A DNA stretch of 64,000 nt from Azolla caroliniana. Lineage: Eukaryota; Plantae; Polypodiophyta. Within the stretch, counting starts at the first letter, position 1. Every line of letters starts with the position of its first letter. The translations under genes were made by a program, and so were the position numbers. The notes beneath the pieces are model-generated. The model saw nothing but the letters and a program-made list of their open reading frames with translations. It was not told where the DNA came from and ran no database searches. The stretch lies in assembly GCA_043228905.1 (NCBI GenBank), contig JBHGNT010000007.1:10044001-10108000 (forward strand), given 5' to 3'. Shown here piece by piece: positions 1 to 12,125 of the stretch.

Positions 1-15
1 AATCCTGTTAAGGCA

Positions 16-300
16 CTAATTTGTTTCGAAAGAAGCTCTTTTACATTCTTGAATCTCTTCTTCAAGTTTTGCAACCACCTTCTTAAGACGTTCATTCTCA
101 ATGACAACAATTTGGAGCTTAGCATTCTCTTTCATTAATGTCCTAATCTCTTCACCTTGCTTATTTATGGTTTCTTGAAGAGAAATCAAGTGACTCATAA
201 ACATTTTGTCCATTGCATTGGAATCGAGATTTGTTAGTGATCTCAGTTCATTATCAATCATACCCCCAAACTTTGTGGCGGCTTTACGAGTGTTTGCCAT
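16..300 (-). other. Short coiled-coil-like ORF, possibly the start of a TE ORF1/gag running off the window edge
   Basis: Heptad-like E/K/L-rich 94 aa; ATG follows a CT-rich leader and AAACCCTA motif; no diagnostic motif. Confidence 0.3.
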
Positions 301-324
301 TGTAGGGAAAAACCCTAGGGTAAG

Positions 325-1476
325 AGAGATAAATAGATAGATTGATAAATAGATAGATTATATTATTGTCTTCGGAGGTCAAAAAGATCTATGAGACCAA
401 AAATATTACATTTCACGTGATACGTGTGAAAGTGAGTAGTGACTCTCAATGTTCAAGAACTCTACCAATGAATGTTGCAATCGAGAGTGCACATTGTGGT
501 TGTGAGAGGAATTCATGCAAAGATTGGCCTCGGTCGAAGAGATGTGGAAAGCATGGTCCAATATGATCAAAGGCAGAGCATTGTATCAAAGAGTGATTCT
601 CAGACTCGTGAACTTGTTTAGGGCAAAGTGTGCATAGTCGACCACTCTCATTACTTGTGCCCCAACGCCTTGTTTCACATCGCAATGCATGTGAGCTAAG
701 TCACATGGAAACAATGGTTCGAATGGCAGATAACGGTATGGGCTCTAACATGTATCGATGTGTATGATTTCCCCGTTCCGCAAAGAATATGGTTTTGTAG
801 TTAGGTGCAACATGTGTAGTATAATGTGTGAAGTGCGAGCCTCCACATTTGTCCCATGTCATGATACATTGGAGTTGCAAAAAGGCCTCATTTATAGAGG
901 AATCTAATGATGCATCATGAAGCAAGTGTCTCACATCCCCTCTACCAAACCATTTTTCTATATCTTGCATCCAACCGGAACACAAAATTTTGCTTTTATG
1001 CGTTTTTTGGATCTTTTTGCTTGCTTCCCACACAATTCTAGGAAATTGATGTGAGGGACTTTTTTGAACCTTAAGCATGTATTCAACAACCCTTTCCATG
1101 GCCATGATCTCAATGGGAAGCGATCCCGTCTCAAGGAGGAGGGTGTAGGGCGTTTGTTTCTTAACTTGTAGAAACTTTGTAAGAAAATGTTTTTGGACAT
1201 TTTCAAACTCTTTCCACATAGATTTAGGGATGCTACTGCCCCATACTTCCACCCCATAGAGAAGAACCGGTGTCACCAAAGTGTCGAAAAGATATTGCTT
1301 GAGGACCCAACACTTAATACCTCCAAGATTGCATGTGTTCTCAAATGCATAGTATGCTCGCTTACCCGCCTCTAAGCGGCGTGTAGCACATTCATTCCAT
1401 CTATGATTTGAAGGAACTTCAAGGCCAAGATATTTGAAGCTTTCCACACATTCAATTGGCTCATTGTTGTACATAA
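325..1476 (-). mobile_element. 5'-truncated LINE (3' end of RT/thumb, C-terminal CCHC region and (CTAT)n tail), same family as 30458-45635
   Basis: FKYLG motif; RLCTLC..E.E.H.LIQC; sequence nearly identical to the reverse complement of ~44550-45635, including the tail TTTGACCTCCGAAGACAATAATATAATC(TATC)n. Confidence 0.9.
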
Positions 1477-2274
1477 TGTTACAAAGAGGGAGAGAGAGAG
1501 AGAGAAAAAATGATGCCCGGAGTGAACATACACAGAGCTTTGAGAGATAGAGACAGAGAGAGACAGAGAGTGTTCATGATTCCAGAAAATCAAAAATAGT
1601 GTATTACTAAAAAAGCAAGAATAACCAACTACATACAAAGAGAGGGAGAAGGCGCTTATGTAGTCACCATCTCTCTAAGTTCTTTTACTAGTAGCGCCTC
1701 TTGGGAAAGGGGTCATGTCTTAACTTCCTAAGAATATGTGTCATAGAACATTAACTTCTATGACACACTAGTTACTATACAAGGAAGTGGGGTGTTCACA
1801 CTAGTATCCTAGAGTGTCTTCCCACTCACGGGAAGTTGAGTTTGATTCTCAACCGTCCCCAATTTAATCCAACTTGGACAAAGTACCAAAACTCAATGGG
1901 ACTTACCAAGGAGCCCAGTCCCAATCCCAAAGAAGGGGCCACCATTAGTTGTCCCAACCTTGTCAGAATAGGTAGTCCTAACGGCTTGCCGCAACGACCA
2001 TCTTTGGTCTTATAACAAGAGGAGACATAATTCATTCTCGTCATCTGCATATTCACCATTTTGGCTCTAAGGAGCGTAAAGTGCTCTCTCTCCCTCTAGT
2101 TGTTTTGGGTGTTGTGTCAACTTGTCCCAACCCCAAGTATTGGTTTTGTCGTCACTTTGGGACTATTGTAATCTCTTTGATTGTAATCATCATATATAAA
2201 ACATTTTTTTCCCAATGTTGTTTTCCATTAATTTTTATGTGTTTTACGCTCACCCATGAAATAGGGCCATAACA
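1477..2274. mobile_element. Possible solo LTR
   Basis: TGTTA...TAACA termini, ~800 bp, GA microsatellite, begins exactly where LINE homology stops; flanks CATAA/CATTT are not a clean TSD. Confidence 0.3.
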
Positions 2275-3228
2275 CATTTCTTCGCCAAATTTCATCCCTT
2301 TCCCATTCCACTGAATAGTTGTCTAGAATACATCCCTAGGAAATATGATATTGTGCACACACATATTAAATTGAATACTTGTTCTACGTTGTTCGGTTTT
2401 CCTAATTTTGCATAAATGTATTGAAGAACGGATCTTAAATAAACCTCTATACCCTTCACCCCCTAAAGACACAAGAAGTTAGGTATGGATCGGACACCCA
2501 ACAATGTCGTTTGATTGAGGAGTAGACCTTGGTCTTGCATATGGTCATATATGTGTAGGAATTTCAGAGCTTGGATACAATCAACACATCTTATGATCTA
2601 CATTATAAGATGCCAAAACTAACCAAACAAGGATATCAACCATATCGCAAAATTTAAATTGTAGAAAAGAGAAGACACTCTCTTTGGGCAATGCCATTGA
2701 AAATATGTCAAACAACCTTTCGCTTCACAAACAATAGCATTAAATAAATGTTACCTCATGCCATGTAGCTCATTGATGGAATTAGTAGTGACTTGTTAAA
2801 TATCACCTTAATGGCAATGCATTTGTGATGTGTTGTTGAAATATGCATGTTCGAAAACATCCATAAAAATATCAATCACTTCCCCCTACTTTTGCCAATG
2901 AATAACCTCTATTCAAGTTGAAAATGATGTGCAAACATTAACTATCACCTTAATACCACAACATTTATGAATATGCAAATTTAAAAACTTAGAAATATAA
3001 ATGGATTCAAGCACCTTTTGCTAGTAGGTCCAATGTAAAAGAACGTGTCAAGAGTTTGATGCAAGTTTGAATAATGTTTTGCAAATTTCTTGTTTAATGT
3101 CAGTAACATGCACTCATATTGGTCCATCGAGAGAATATGCTATTATGATAGCGGTGGTGGAGTTTGACATTCCAAATGCAAGGCAAATGCGTAACTACCT
3201 TTGACATAAAACCTTTAAGTAGTGCATG

Positions 3229-3325
3229 TTATTTCTTTACTCTTAATTTAAATCATCATGTTGACTTAGTGAGGTTATTTCTTTACTCTTAATTTAAATC
3301 ATCATGTTGACTTAGTGAGGTTATT
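3229..3325. repeat. Perfect 46-bp tandem duplication
   Basis: TTATTTCTTTACTCTTAATTTAAATCATCATGTTGACTTAGTGAGG x2 plus TTATT. Confidence 0.85.
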
Positions 3326-6300
3326 GGTAGAGCAAAACAAAATAGAAAATAGAAAATAGCATAATGACTAAGAGAATTTTTGTACAATGACTGTAAACAA
3401 TCTTAGAACGGCCATACGATCATCTAATTGTTTGTGAATTATTTCATTTATATGATACAATTCTCGTGTCAAAGATATGATGACAATATTATAATATCTC
3501 CCTAGAATCCCATAACATAGCCTATTAGATCCAAAAGTGCTATGAGTAATCTCTTTTGCTTCTCCAAATGAAGTAATCACATGGCCATCATGTAATTCTT
3601 AATAAAACGATAGAGAGAGAGAGAGAGAGAGGTAGGGGAAGAGGGAAAATATATATTTTATGTCTACAAGAGTGATAGTGATGTGTGGGATGGGCTCAAG
3701 GATTGAGAGTAGAATTACACACATACATTATTGATACATACATACATATATTTATTGAATATATATATATATACTCCAAATCGAAAACACACAATATATG
3801 GACCAAAGGTGGGGCATTTGCATTTAATATGTGTGGAGTTGAGTACCGATTCATGATATTCAAGATTGTCAGCATTAAACTTTGAATTTGAGACTATTGA
3901 TGCCAATAGAACAGTTTTCATCACCTAGAAGAGCTTGTTTTATGAATCGGTTCATCATGGTATTTAAAATTCTTATTAGGTGGTTGCTTGGTGGGGCCAT
4001 GTGATTTAGGGTAGCCAAGCAAAGTGTCATTTATGAGTTGAAAGAATACAAAATTAAAGTGGTCAAAAGTGCAAAGCATGTTTTTGCCAATTCCGATTGC
4101 ACGTTTGAAATGAAGAGCTACATTCACATTATGGCAAGAACATGACTTTGACTTTTTACATCACTCTTCATCATTTTCAAAATTCAAAATTCGAGCTTTC
4201 AATTCTTTTCACAGTTTGAGCTCCATTAAAAATTATATGAGTTAAAATTTATCATATAATAATCCATTAAACCTCTTTGAAAGTTCTAAAGAAGAGACTT
4301 TGGTAAATATTGATCTTCATCTTCTTCCACTTCATGAAGAGAAGGTGGTATTCCGACTTGTAGACTAAATCTTGTTAGAAAATTAGTTATATGATTTCCT
4401 AATGAATAACTATAGCCAAAGATTTGTGCTTCCTTGTGATAAGTATTAGTATGTGACTTTACTCTCTCTCTCTCACTTTACTCTCCCTTGCAATAGAATA
4501 TATGTATAGACAATGGAGACAAAAGAAAATAAAAATACCAATTCTTATTATCAAAGAGAAGCACCATATAAGAGTGGAGAGATTAAGATTTTGCTTAACT
4601 TAATTTTCTCATTAACCTAATCACTCTTATCTCTAATACAAGATTAGGGGGATAGAGTGAAAACCCTAAATAAACTAAAAGAAAGGACAAAACCCAAGAT
4701 TGGAGAAAAGGCTTTTGTCAGATTTTATAAAGGTGGTGGCTTCCTTTCAAGGTAGGTTGTGCATTGGCTATGATTCTTCCTATTAGGAATTACTCTGTCC
4801 CCATTTTCCTATCGTTTGTTGAGCTCGGTGTCACTTTTTGGTGCCTTGGTCTCCAAAACAAGTGTTTGAGGTGCCGGATGCTTAACAAGTCCCTTAACAT
4901 TATCCAAGTTTGGTGGATATTGTGGAGAAAATCGTTCGGTCAAATCAGAATATACGAACTACACACTGAAATACGAATCACACAAGTATGCAAGAAAAGA
5001 CAATATAGGCGATGGTGCACAGAGGTTTATGTGGAAACCCCTAAAACGGGGAAAAAAACCACGGGAACAGATCTTCACTATAAACAATGGATATACAACA
5101 CAGAGAGAGGATTACAACACTCTCATGAGTGGATCAGCCACGCAGGGCTCTTCGCGTCTGCTGATACTCACACAACTATGGCGCGGCTCACGCTTCTCTC
5201 TCGCACACTCTGCACACACGCAATTCTGCACATTCTGTTCTCTATTACTATTGTCTTAAAGTTTGCCCTAGTTGCATATATACTTACACAACTTTCTGGC
5301 TATTTACATATCTAGCCCCCATGGGACGCACATTCAGACTATTTACAAATATAGTCTCCCGAGTTGGCTATATACACGATTCCGAGTTGGCTACAAGTCC
5401 CTCATCAACTTGGCTCCTAACATCATCATTATTATTATCAGCATAATAATAATAGTCAAATTCTCAAATAGTCGACTCACTGTTTTCGACTCTTTGACTG
5501 TCGGCTTTCCAAACAGTCGGATCTTCCTCCCACTGGAGGGACATATTCCCAACAAACTCCCCCTTCACTCCTGTGGGAGGAAATTTGTCAGTCCTGTATT
5601 CTGTCGGCAGACTCTGAGTCTGTCCATAGGTAGGTTCTTTGTCAGCATGTCAGATCCATTGTCGTTAGTATGGATCTTTACCAGAGCTAACACTCCTTCT
5701 TCGACTCTCTCCCGCAACCAGTGATACCTTCTTTGTATGTGCTTGGTTCGGGAGTGGTATGCCACATTCTTGGCTAGGTGTATGGCGCTTTGGCTATCAC
5801 AATGAAGCAAGAAATTCTTTTGCTTCATGCCTAGTTCGGTGAGAAAATTTCTCATCCAAATAAGCTCTTTACCGGCCTCTACCGCTGCCATATACTCTGC
5901 CTTTGTAGTCGACAGGGCTACAGACTTCTACAGTCGTGATTGCCACGACACTGCTCCCCCTGCATAGGTCATCACATACCCTAACGTGGATCGGCTCGAG
6001 TCGACATCTCCTAACATGTCGGAATCGGTAAAACCTTCCAGCACAGGTTTTCCGACACCATACCTTAGGCACACGTCCGAGGTGCCCCTCAAGTACATGA
6101 GTATCCACTTAACCGCTGCCTAGTGTTCTCTCCCTGGATTACTCATATATCGGCTTACTGCTCCTACAACAAAAGCTATGTCTGGTCTCGTACAGACCAT
6201 AGCATACATTAGACTGCTGATGGCCGAGGCATATGGTACCTTCCTCATCTCACCCTTTTCCTTCTGCCCTTTCGGACACTGCTTTGCATTTAGTCTGCAG

Positions 6301-7290
6301 TTTGTCAGCAACACGGAGCCGACCGGGTTTGCATTTGACATGTTGAATCTCTCTAGAATCTTCGTCACATACTTCTGTTGTGACACCCATAGCACCTTCC
6401 GAGATCTGTCTCAGGTTATGTGCATTCCTAGGATTTGCTTTGCCGGTCCAAGGTCTTTCATGGCAAATGATTTGCCGACAGCTTTCTTCAAGCTTCCAAT
6501 CTTCCTTGAATCTTGGCCGACTATCAACATGTCATCAACATATAACAAGAGAATCAAGAAGTCTGCTTTGTCGTACCTTTTGACGAACACACATTGATCG
6601 GCCTGTGTTTTCTGGAACCGGTGTTCCATCATGAAGGACTCGAACTTCTTGTACCATTAGCGTGGAGCTTGTTTCAGTCCGTACAAGCTTTTCCTCAGTC
6701 GACACACCGGATTCTCTTTCCCTTTCTCCTCAAAGCCTTCGGGTTGCTGCATGTAAATTTCTTCTTGTAGCTCCCAGTGCAAAACTACGGTTTTGACATC
6801 CAACTGTTCAATCTCTAGGTCCATGTTGGCCGCTATGCTCAGAATAGTTCGGATGGATTTCATCTTCACGACTGGTGTGAATATTTCGTCAAAGTCGAAG
6901 CCCTTCCTTTGTTGGAAACCATTCACAACTATGCAGGCTTTATACCTTGGCTCGCTGTCAACTTCTCCAATCTTCACCTTGTAGACCAATTTGTTCCTGA
7001 GTGCTCTCTTACCTTTCGCATCTCTACTAGGTCATAGGTGTAATTTGCGTGCAAGAATTCCATCTCCTCTTGCATCGCATTCAACCATTTTTCTTTGCTC
7101 TCGTTGTCGTGAAGTACGAAAGCTTCACATTAAAAGTCTACAATAAGATAAATACTTAACTAAAATAACATTTGATAATGTTTTATATATAAAGATAATA
7201 TTAACAACACATATGATAATATTATATATATGTAAAGAAAAATTATATATATATATATAGATAAGTATATTATATTACACGAACAAGAAA

Positions 7291-7346
7291 GGACTTGAAC
7301 CAATAACCCCACCCTATGACTCTCAAATCTTACCATTTACTCTATA
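7291..7346 (-). other. tRNA-like (A-box/B-box) cassette 1 within the solo LTR
   Basis: rc reads TAGAGTAAATGGTAAGA...GGTTCAAGTCC with tRNA-like spacing. Confidence 0.5.
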
Positions 7347-7454
7347 CTAGTAATATACATAAAATAAAGCATACTTTATATATACTTTATATTACATAAA
7401 GGATTTGCTTCATGATATAAAAATGAAGTTGTATGTTGTATTCAATAATATTTT

Positions 7455-7513
7455 GAGACTCAAACCCACAACCTCATACACCAAAGTCAACACACCTACC
7501 ATTAGGCTAGGCC
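7455..7513 (-). other. tRNA-like (A-box/B-box) cassette 2 within the solo LTR
   Basis: rc reads GGCCTAGCCTAATGGTAGG...GAGGTTGTGGGTTTGAGTCTC. Confidence 0.5.
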
Positions 7514-10500
7514 CTTTCTCTTTAAGATTATATTTTCATGTTTATTGTTACTACATATATTGCTTCATACATAAAAGCTCAAAATGAGTGAGATGTTTAT
7601 CATGCATCACATGTAATGCATGAACGCCAAATGGTGATCATGCATCACATGCATTTCATGCACTGCATGCATGACTTGTACCCTCCAATGCATCATATGC
7701 ATGGGGGCACCTATTTAAATGGTGAAAGAGAAGATCAAAGGGAGATATGTATGAGACATCAATCAAATATATATTACATAAGAGATACCATAAAATAGAG
7801 AAAGAAAGGAAGAAGTTCAAGATAAAGGTGGAGCTCTAGCTTGGCGGTCGTGGTGGTCAACTCTCAACAAGAGGGAGGCGGTTCGAGGCTTATCTTCATC
7901 AAAGTATTGAAGTGAAGATTGTAGTGGTCTACGATCAAGAAAGAGAAGAGTGATTACCTTGCAAGAAAAAGTTCGGAGGTTCAACGACATGCACAATCAT
8001 TTTGTAACTCTTTCATGAAAATGATTATAAATTTCATACACTTTCTCATATATTATTTTATATCTTATCTTATCTTATCTTAAATTCCTTAAAAATCCTA
8101 TTTTTTCATATCTTATTGATCTCTATTCACTCCATCTCTACTCTTTCGTCTCTTCCGTCCATAATCCCAGTGATTCCTTCCTCACTTTCACGTTATCCTT
8201 TGTGTGCGCAATGCTACGCTTCTAGGCGAGCCACGTCACGACATCGTCAGCAATGGCTTCTTTATAGCACTCCGACTCACCATCATCAATCAAGAGGATG
8301 TATTGACTAGCATATGTAGTCGGTGCTTTCCTTTCTCTGAGTGGGTTTCTTCTTCCACTCATTGTTGGCTCTCTTTCGGATGTCTCTGCCAACTCTTCTC
8401 TTGACTCGGGATTCTGCTCATCAATTGGCATCTCCAAGTTGGAAATTTCCAACTCATATTCCTCAATTGATTTCAGCAGATCTCTGCTGACTCTGATCCA
8501 TAGTCTATCAATCTTTCTGAGTCGACCGACTCAGATTTGGCTCTGTCGGCTAGTTGTCTCCTTACAACTGCCGGTGACGACACATTTGGCCTTAAGTCGA
8601 TGGTAGTCGAGGTTGACTGGGGAGTCGGTTCAAACTTCTGTTGCTTCCAATCTTCAATTGTCTTCTCTTCAAGAAAGACAACATCCCGACTTCTCACTAC
8701 CTTCTTGTTGACTAAGTCCCATAACCTATAGCCGAATTCATCTTTCGAGTATCCCGTGAGTATGCATGCTTTCGACTTGCTGTCGAGCTTTGACCTCTGA
8801 TCCTTTGGTACATGCATATATGCCAAACATCCAAACACCCTCAGGTGTTGGTGTTGGTAGGAGACATCCTTCCCTGTCCACACCCTCTGTGGGACATCCC
8901 CCTTTAATGGCACCAAGGGAGACTTGTTGATCAGGTAAACAGTTGTGTACATCGCCTTAGCCCAATAGGATTTCGACAGTTTCGCATGGGAGAGCATGCT
9001 CCTTACTCTCTCCATGATTGTTTGATTCATCCTCTTTGCAAGCCCGTTTAATTCTAGAGTCTTTGGCATTGTGTATTCGATTCGAATACCTTGGCACTTG
9101 CAGTATTCCTCAAACTGCCCTTTGTACTCGCCACCGTTGTTGGTTCGGACAACCTTCAGTTTCCAACCTGACTCTCTTCCAGCTCTTGCTTGGACCTCCT
9201 TGAAAAATGACAGTACTTGATCCTTCACCTTCAGTACGAAGGCCCATGTCTTCCGACTATGGTCGTCAATGAATGTCACGAAGTACTGTCCACCTCGATG
9301 CGATGGAGCATCCACATAGCACACATCCGTGTGTACTAGTTCCAGTGTAGCTTCTCTTCTTCTCGATGGTCTTGAGTGGAATGCCGCCCTATTTTGCTTT
9401 CCGGCTAAGTAGTTGACACACTTCTCTAGGTGCACTCCCTTGACTTCTGGTAGAAGTTTCTGGTCAGGTAACAGGTGCATTCCCTTCTTACTCATGTGGC
9501 CTAGCCTCTTATGCCATATCTCACCTACCGAGTTGGTTGCCACATTTACTTCCGATTTGCACAGTCGGGCATGCATCATGTACAATGTGCCTTCTTTCTA
9601 TGCTCGGGCCACTATAAGATTTCCTGGGCAGAACTTCCACTTGCCATTCCGAAAGCTACCATTGTAGCCTTCGTCATCTAACCTTCTAGTCGATATCAGG
9701 TTCAATCTGATATCAAGGACGTGTCGAACATCCTTCAGTGTCAGTCGACACCCTGTCGACGTCGTTAAGCAAACATCTCCGACTCCGGTTACCCTGCACT
9801 CTCCATTGTCACCCATCTTTACATAGCCATGATCCCTAGCCATGTAAGTCGAGATATACTCTCTTGACGAAGTTATGTGGAACAATGCCCCATAATCAAT
9901 CAACCATGTGCAATCTTCACTTGCAAGATTTGCATTCGTCTGTTCACAAATGAACAAGAGTTCTTCATTGCTTGTAACAATGGCCGAAGTGTTCTTCTCA
10001 TCAAGAATTTTCCTAGGTTTGACATTATTTCCGACACTCTTATCTTTCTTTAAGTGTTGACACTCCTTCTGGAAGTGTCTAGGAGTTCCACAATAAAAGC
10101 ACATGGGCTTACCTCTGGACTTCGATCTGGCTTGGAACTTTTCTCTCCTTCGTGGACTTCTTTGCCGGTTCCTTCCTCTATCTGCCTGTTGAGTCCCATT
10201 CATCTCCGATTGGGACAGAACTCCTTTGTCCTTTTTCCTTGCCTCCTCATTTAGGATGCTTGTCTTCACCGTCTCTAAAGAAAAGTTCTCTTCTTGACAG
10301 GGGGTGATGAGAGTAACCACCTCCCAGTTGTCTGGCAGTGTGCACATCAGCAGGATGGCCTACATTGCATCATCCAAGGGAAACATGGTCGCAGCAAGTT
10401 GATTTGCATACCCCATGAACGTGCTGATGTGTTTGATGATGCTCTCACTGTCTTTGTATTTCAGCCGTACGATTTTTCTCATCAACGAGGTTTTATTGAG

Positions 10501-11447
10501 CGTGTTCTTCCTCTCATATAGACACGACAGCTTCTGCCACATCTCGTGAGCATTTGTGTCGTTCGCCACATGCTGAAGGACACTTACATCGACGCATTGT
10601 CGGATAGTGGCCACCGCCTTTCTATTCAGAAGCTTCCAGTCCGACTTTAATACCCCCCTGGGTATTTCTGCTCTGTCGACTAGCTCGTACAGATCTTTAA
10701 CTATGAGAAGGTCTTCCATCTTGATCTTCCAGTCAACATAGTTTTGTGAGTTGAGAACTATCATACCTGGGAAACCGCTCACACCTCCTTCCATGCTTGC
10801 ACCTCAAGCTCTGATACCAGTTTGATGAGAAATCGTTCGGTCAAATCACAATAAACGAACTATGCTGAAATACGAATCACAGATATGCCAGAAAAAGAGA
10901 GAGAAGATAAACAATAGTGCACAGAGATTTATGTGGAAACCCTAAAACGGGTGAAAACCACGGAGAACAGAACTTCACTATATAGTGGATATACAATAGA
11001 GGGTATGTTACAACACTCTTTCCAGTGTATCAACCACGTGGGGCTCTTGGCGTCTGTTGTTACACACACATCTATGGCGCCACACTCTCCCTCTTTCGCT
11101 CTCTGCTCACACCTCACGCTCACTCTCAAGCGCTAACTCTGTATGTCTCTTCAGTTCTCACAATCTCATGTTTTGCCCTAAGTGTGTTTATACTTATACA
11201 CTGTATGGGCAATTTACAAATGTAGCCTCTGCTACGTATCATTATTATTATTGCTATAATAATAATAGTCGAACTATCAAACAATCGACTCACTATTTTC
11301 AACTCTTCAACTGTCAGCTTTCCGAACAATTGGATCTTCCCCTTTCGGCACTCCTTGGTCCGATCAGTCAGCTCCTCGTAGTCATCGACTGTCAGCAACT
11401 TCTGTACAGTCGGTTCCTCCTCCCACGGGAGGGATATATTCCCAACA

Positions 11448-12125
11448 TGATCCACCCTCGTGTACAACCTTTTGGTGTCAGTGTGCGTACTCGTCGACAC
11501 ACCCGTGTGGTTCTCTTCAACGAGAAGCATCGATTGCAACTCGAAGAATGACGGTGTACTCTCTCTCATGCAGACCACCGTCCGGAATGGTTCGAACTTA
11601 GATGCCAACCCACCAAGACAGAACTACACCATTTTGGCCTCCTTGACGGTCACGTTGATGGAGGCAAGAGAGTCGCAAATGTCCTTGATCCAGGGGGTGT
11701 GGTAAGCCAACAACATGTCTCTTTGCCAAACATTGCTCAGTTCCTGTATGAGCTTAGGCTCTCTAGATGTCTTGCTTGTGGCGAATATCTTCTTTAGATT
11801 TCCCCAGGCCTCCTATGGCGTCTTGGCATCCCGGATGTAGCTGAGTAGCGGATCACTACCACTAGATGCGAAGCGGTAGAGAACTCTGCTTGCCGGCTAT
11901 TCCCAAGCCAGAAAATCCTTGTGTGTCAAATCCGGTGCTCCATCATTTGCTCCTTTGATATAACTCCAATACCCATGCCCTAACATGTATTGGTGCATAT
12001 TGTATGACCAAGATGCCCGTAGTTGCTGCTATTGAGCTTCTCCATTCGAAGTGAGCTTCCCATTCCTCTGTCCATTTCTCTTTTGGTTTGTTTTTATCAG
12101 AAAGTTAGGATTTGTCTGTGTTGAG
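11448..12125 (-). mobile_element. Copia element D gag fragment (same family as 50467-56120), cut by element A on the left and Gypsy C on the right
   Basis: ASKFEPFRTVVCMRESTPSFFELQSMLLVEENH matches the gag of elements E/I/J. Confidence 0.85.

Larger units (their letters stand above)
7105..8243. mobile_element. Solo LTR (1139 bp) inserted in Copia A, 4-bp TSD TCGT
   Basis: Termini TGTCGTGA...TCACGACA; TCGT at 7101-7104 and 8244-8247; removing it restores the host frame AIADESKEKWLNAMQ. Confidence 0.85.
5565..10794 (-). pseudogene. Copia gag-pol pseudogene of element A (interrupted by solo LTR 7105-8243)
   Basis: CFYCGTPRHFQKEC knuckle, WLIDYGA protease, WHKRLGH / VHTDVC integrase, YVDD RT, CDSQSAI..RTKHI RNase H; many stops and frameshifts. 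Confidence 0.9.
4921..11447 (-). mobile_element. Degenerate Ty1/Copia element A (5' LTR 10823-11447, 3' LTR 4921-5554)
   Basis: Related TG..CA LTRs; PBS TGGTATCAGAGC (rc 10808-10819); PPT (rc 5555-5564); gag-PR-INT-RT-RH fragments; no TSD. Confidence 0.9.

Noticed and set aside
2275-4920. Possible decayed gene or DNA-transposon relic
   Set aside because: AT-rich with only short ORFs and no motif, TIR or TSD I can support.
7291-7513. Functional tRNA genes
   Set aside because: Acceptor and anticodon stems cannot be formed; only A/B-box-like remnants are present.
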